A DNA stretch of 64,000 bases, taken from Candidatus Uhrbacteria bacterium (GTDB lineage: Bacteria; Patescibacteriota; Patescibacteriia; UBA9934; GWF2-40-263). The translations under genes were made by a program, and so were the position numbers. Location of the stretch: positions 79,863 through 143,862 of the forward strand of contig JAERTI010000036.1 of the NCBI GenBank assembly GCA_016844925.1, read 5' to 3'. How positions within the stretch are numbered: the stretch's first letter is position 1; each line of letters opens with the position of its first letter. This document shows, piece after piece, positions 61,361-64,000 of this stretch. The notes beneath the pieces were generated by a model that made no database searches, was not told the origin of the DNA, and was given only the letters and a program-made list of their open reading frames with translations.

Positions 61361-62176
61361 TTATTCAACAGTAATCGTCGCGGTATGAGCATCTTCGTAC
61401 TTGTCGTGATATTCGTGGTCACCAGCTTCATCGAAGTAGCGGGAGAAGTGGTCGCCCTCATTGAGCGTACCGGTACCCCATGAGCTGTCATCTGCACTTG
61501 CTCCATGCTTCTCAGTGCTTTCGTTCACGAAGCGGATGGCCGTACCAGCATCGACAGTAAGTTCTGCTGGATCGAAGCCGTTGTCATCGATGGAAACAAC
61601 GACGTACTCCATGAGTCCTCTGTCTGTTCCAATGTCGTACGCATCTGCCTCTTCCGCATCTGGATCAAACTGTGAAGCGAATTCGAGCTCGGATCCCATA
61701 GTGTAGTTTGGGAAGAACCCGTCTGGAACGTCGTCGATCATGGTGTTCCAGCTTGAGCCGTAGAGGTCGGTGGCAACTTCCTCAGAAGGGATGGCCATGA
61801 TCTCTCCGCCTGCTCCGACAACGTAGACGGTTGGGTCAGAGTTGATCTTGATCATTTTTACTCCGGGCTTGTACGTCACGTTTCCACCGATCTGAATGGA
61901 AGACATGTCGGAGTCGGTAAGCCACTGGACGTCGTCAAAGTTGTCGTACCAAGTGAAGTAGGCTTTGTCGTTTGGAAAGACGTAACGGAATCCGTCTGCT
62001 CCATAGTAATAAACAGCTGAGAATCCCTCTCCGCGGATGAGATCACCAGCTTCTAGGTCTTCTGGGGCAACCGTTGCAGTCGCACTGGCCTGCGGGACAG
62101 CCTGAGCAAAAAGGAGGGCAATCGCGAGAGCCATTGTTGTGGCGAGCACAGAGAAAAACGTAAGGCGTTTTGTCAT
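61361..62176 (-). CDS. Secreted protein, paralog A (N-terminal conserved domain plus a C-terminal cupredoxin-like beta domain)
   Basis: Signal peptide. Shares about 60% identity with the next gene, including AGDLIRGE.FSAVYYYG.DG.RYVFPNDK.YFTWYD.FDDV.WL.D.DM. Has its own terminator at 61318-61346. Confidence 0.5.
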   Translation of the reverse strand: MTKRLTFFSVLATTMALAIALLFAQAVPQASATATVAPEDLEAGDLIRGEGFSAVYYYGADGFRYVFPNDKAYFTWYDNFDDVQWLTDSDMSSIQIGGNVTYKPGVKMIKINSDPTVYVVGAGGEIMAIPSEEVATDLYGSSWNTMIDDVPDGFFPNYTMGSELEFASQFDPDAEEADAYDIGTDRGLMEYVVVSIDDNGFDPAELTVDAGTAIRFVNESTEKHGASADDSSWGTGTLNEGDHFSRYFDEAGDHEYHDKYEDAHTATITVE

Positions 62177-62223
62177 AGGGTGCTTTGTTTATATAAAGAT
62201 AACGAGAAAATTATAGCATAATC

Positions 62224-62250
62224 AAAAAACGGCCGCGAGGGCCGTTTTTT
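62224..62250. terminator. Bidirectional rho-independent terminator
   Basis: AAAAAACGGCCGCGAGGGCCGTTTTTT. Confidence 0.85.
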
Positions 62251-62254
62251 CTTG

Positions 62255-63079
62255 CTATTCCACAATGATCGCGCCTTCAAACACGTTCCGGTCGTCGAGT
62301 TTTGAGTAGTAGATCCAGGTTCCGGCTTCATCGAAGTAGCGTGTGTAATGATCGCCCGGTTCCATGGTTCCTGATCCCCATAGACCATCAAATTCTGTCA
62401 CAGCATGGTTTTCACTACCGGTATTTGTGAAGCGTACGGCTGTGTCAGTTGAAATGGTGATGGTCGACTCGTCGTAGCCACTATCTGTCACAGAAACTTG
62501 GCGCGCGGGTCGAAGGTTTTTGTCGTCATCGATGCTCATGGCGTCGAGCTGCTCGGTTTCAACGGAGAACTGGCTGGCAAACTCGAGGCGGCTCCCGAGA
62601 GAGTAGTTTGGGAAGAAGCCGTCTGGAACGTCGTCGATCATGGTGTTCCAGCTTGAGCCATAGAGCTCGACGGCAACATCTTCTGAATCAATTGCCCGCA
62701 GCACACCACCAGCACCCACCGTGTAGACCGTTGGGTCAGAGGTGATCTTGATCATCTTAACTCCTGGTTTGTACGTAACATTCCCGCCGATCTGGACCGT
62801 GGCCATGTCGGCATCTGAGAGCCAGCGGACGTCGTCAAAGTCGTCGTACCAAGTGAAGTAAGTTTTATCGTTGGGGAACACGTAACGCAGGCCGTCCTCG
62901 CCGTAGTAGTAGACCGCGGAGAAACTCTCGCCGCGAATCAGGTCGCCGGCAGACAGATCCTCTGGTGAAACGGTGGACGCGTTGGCGGGGAGGGCGAAGA
63001 GCAGCAGTGCTGCCATGAGGGCGAGACCCAAGATGTTTGTTGGGGCTGAAAGAGTATGTTGCATACGATTAGTTTGCAC
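62255..63079 (-). CDS. Secreted protein, paralog B of 61361-62176
   Basis: Signal peptide; same domain organisation; 11-nt overlap with rpe. Confidence 0.5.
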   Translation of the reverse strand: MQTNRMQHTLSAPTNILGLALMAALLLFALPANASTVSPEDLSAGDLIRGESFSAVYYYGEDGLRYVFPNDKTYFTWYDDFDDVRWLSDADMATVQIGGNVTYKPGVKMIKITSDPTVYTVGAGGVLRAIDSEDVAVELYGSSWNTMIDDVPDGFFPNYSLGSRLEFASQFSVETEQLDAMSIDDDKNLRPARQVSVTDSGYDESTITISTDTAVRFTNTGSENHAVTEFDGLWGSGTMEPGDHYTRYFDEAGTWIYYSKLDDRNVFEGAIIVE

Positions 63080-63731
63080 CGAGGCCCATGAGCCTCTCGT
63101 TTAATGCTTGTAGTTTACCAGTGGGGTCTGGATCTTTGAAGATGAGACTCGCGGCACACAGGCGGTTTGCGCCCATGTTAGTAAGCGGCTCGATGAGTTC
63201 ATCTGTCAGTCCACCGTCCATTTCGATGACGAGGTCTTCTCGGTGTTGGCGCGCCTCGGCGATCTTGTCGAGCACTGATTGTCCCAAGAAGGCTTGTCCT
63301 GACTTACCAGGATGCACCCCCATGATTGTTAGTTGATCGATAGTGTGAAGGACGTTTTCGATGGCAGACAGAGGTGTTTCAGGATTCACAGCCACTCCAA
63401 CCTCCAATCCAAGTTTATCCTTTACCTGGTCTACGATGGCCCCCACGGGACGGTCGATCTCTGCATGAATGATCGCGCGTTTGAATGTTGGAACGTGTTT
63501 ATTCCATGTCTCGATAACGGGGAGGGGATTTTTCACCATCAGGTGAAGTTCCATGTCCACATCGGTCTTAAGGGTGCCAATCTGCTCGGCATCGAACCAG
63601 TTGGTTTGACCAAAGAGACTTCCGTCGAGCACGTCGACCTGGATGAGTTTTGTGTGTGGTTCAACAAGACGGAGTTTGGTTTCAAACTCTTCGAACGATT
63701 CGACTAAGAATGCGGGGACGATTTGGCTCAT
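63069..63731 (-). CDS. rpe: Ribulose-phosphate 3-epimerase
   Basis: 220 aa; the VDVLDG and MELHLMV regions and the IEMDGGL motif match the Rpe (TIM-barrel) family. Confidence 0.85.
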   Translation of the reverse strand: MSQIVPAFLVESFEEFETKLRLVEPHTKLIQVDVLDGSLFGQTNWFDAEQIGTLKTDVDMELHLMVKNPLPVIETWNKHVPTFKRAIIHAEIDRPVGAIVDQVKDKLGLEVGVAVNPETPLSAIENVLHTIDQLTIMGVHPGKSGQAFLGQSVLDKIAEARQHREDLVIEMDGGLTDELIEPLTNMGANRLCAASLIFKDPDPTGKLQALNERLMGLGAN

Positions 63732-64000
63732 ACGCCGTACTCTTGGTTCTCAATCTCTTCCACTTTCTTTAGTCGGCGCACGTGGCGCTCCGCCCCAGAG
63801 AATTCTGTGCCGAGCCAGGTGTCGACGATCTGGACGGCCTCTTTTTCTTTGATGTGACGGCCTGGGAGACAGAGGATGTTTGAGTTGTCGTCCTCGCGAG
63901 CGCTCTTGGCAACGTCTTCGTTAAAGCCTGTTGCTGCTCGGACACCACGGACTTTGTTAGCAACAATGCAGATCCCTTGTGCGCTACCGCAGATCACGAT
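63728..64000 (-). CDS. rpiB: Ribose-5-phosphate isomerase B; N-terminus beyond the right window edge
   Basis: ICGSAQGICIVANKVRGVRAA...NSNILCLPGRHI matches the RpiB/LacAB core (ICGTGIGMSIAANK). Reading frame stays open to position 64000. Confidence 0.75.
   Translation of the reverse strand: MVICGSAQGICIVANKVRGVRAATGFNEDVAKSAREDDNSNILCLPGRHIKEKEAVQIVDTWLGTEFSGAERHVRRLKKVEEIENQEYGV

Overview
This 64 kb window comes from a compact bacterial chromosome with a backbone of roughly 50-55% GC. Coding density is very high, with many 4-nt start/stop overlaps, and rho-independent terminators with long perfect hairpins are frequent. The gene content suggests a reduced-genome Gram-positive-like or CPR/Patescibacteria-like organism; that assignment is inference only.

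Backbone genes I can support from the sequence:
- Cell envelope: a class A PBP (C-terminus runs off the left edge), glmS, a 3D-domain protein, ddl, SpoIID/LytB, a DacA-like carboxypeptidase, an FG-GAP/L,D-transpeptidase, a Wzx flippase, two Wzy_C/O-antigen-ligase-like proteins, galU and a sugar-binding protein.
- Fe-S cluster biogenesis: TRASH-like protein, NifS, NifU, Nfu, ferredoxin and an FAD oxidoreductase.
- Sugar metabolism: rpiB (partial), rpe, split transketolase tktN/tktC, class II fba, two PfkB kinases and a 2-hydroxyacid dehydrogenase.
- DNA care: ruvB, an AlkD-like enzyme, an EndoQ-like PHP nuclease, MazG and a lysine/alanine-rich histone H1-like protein.
- Other: rlmH and a dual-specificity phosphatase.
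- RNA genes: a 23S-5S rRNA pair with no 16S in the window, and six tRNAs (Cys-GCA, Ser-CGA, Leu-TAA, Gly-GCC, Leu-TAG, Ala-TGC). All six are on the minus strand and encode their 3' CCA.

Two things stand out.
- Five tandem small paralogs with a VirB2/TrbC-pilin-like architecture lie at 15.5-18.1 kb.
- Five discrete blocks of coding sequence have roughly 65% GC and strongly GC-ending codons. They are a three-gene block at 11.2-15.3 kb and single genes at 29.2, 46.7, 51.1 and 55.0 kb. Each encodes an uncharacterised membrane, secreted or lipoprotein, or a BI-1 family protein. Each sits as a tidy cassette with a backbone-style AT-rich promoter, a Shine-Dalgarno site and a hairpin terminator. Four of the cassettes share an ATTGACAAAAG -35 element. 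Two cassettes lie immediately next to tRNA genes. None carries an integrase, a transposase or flanking repeats.

I found no CRISPR array, no transposon and no recognisable defence-system genes.

The supplied ORF track omits ORFs truncated by the window edge and sometimes reports non-ATG starts as M. Where my own nucleotide indexing disagreed with the track by 1 nt, I used the track coordinates.
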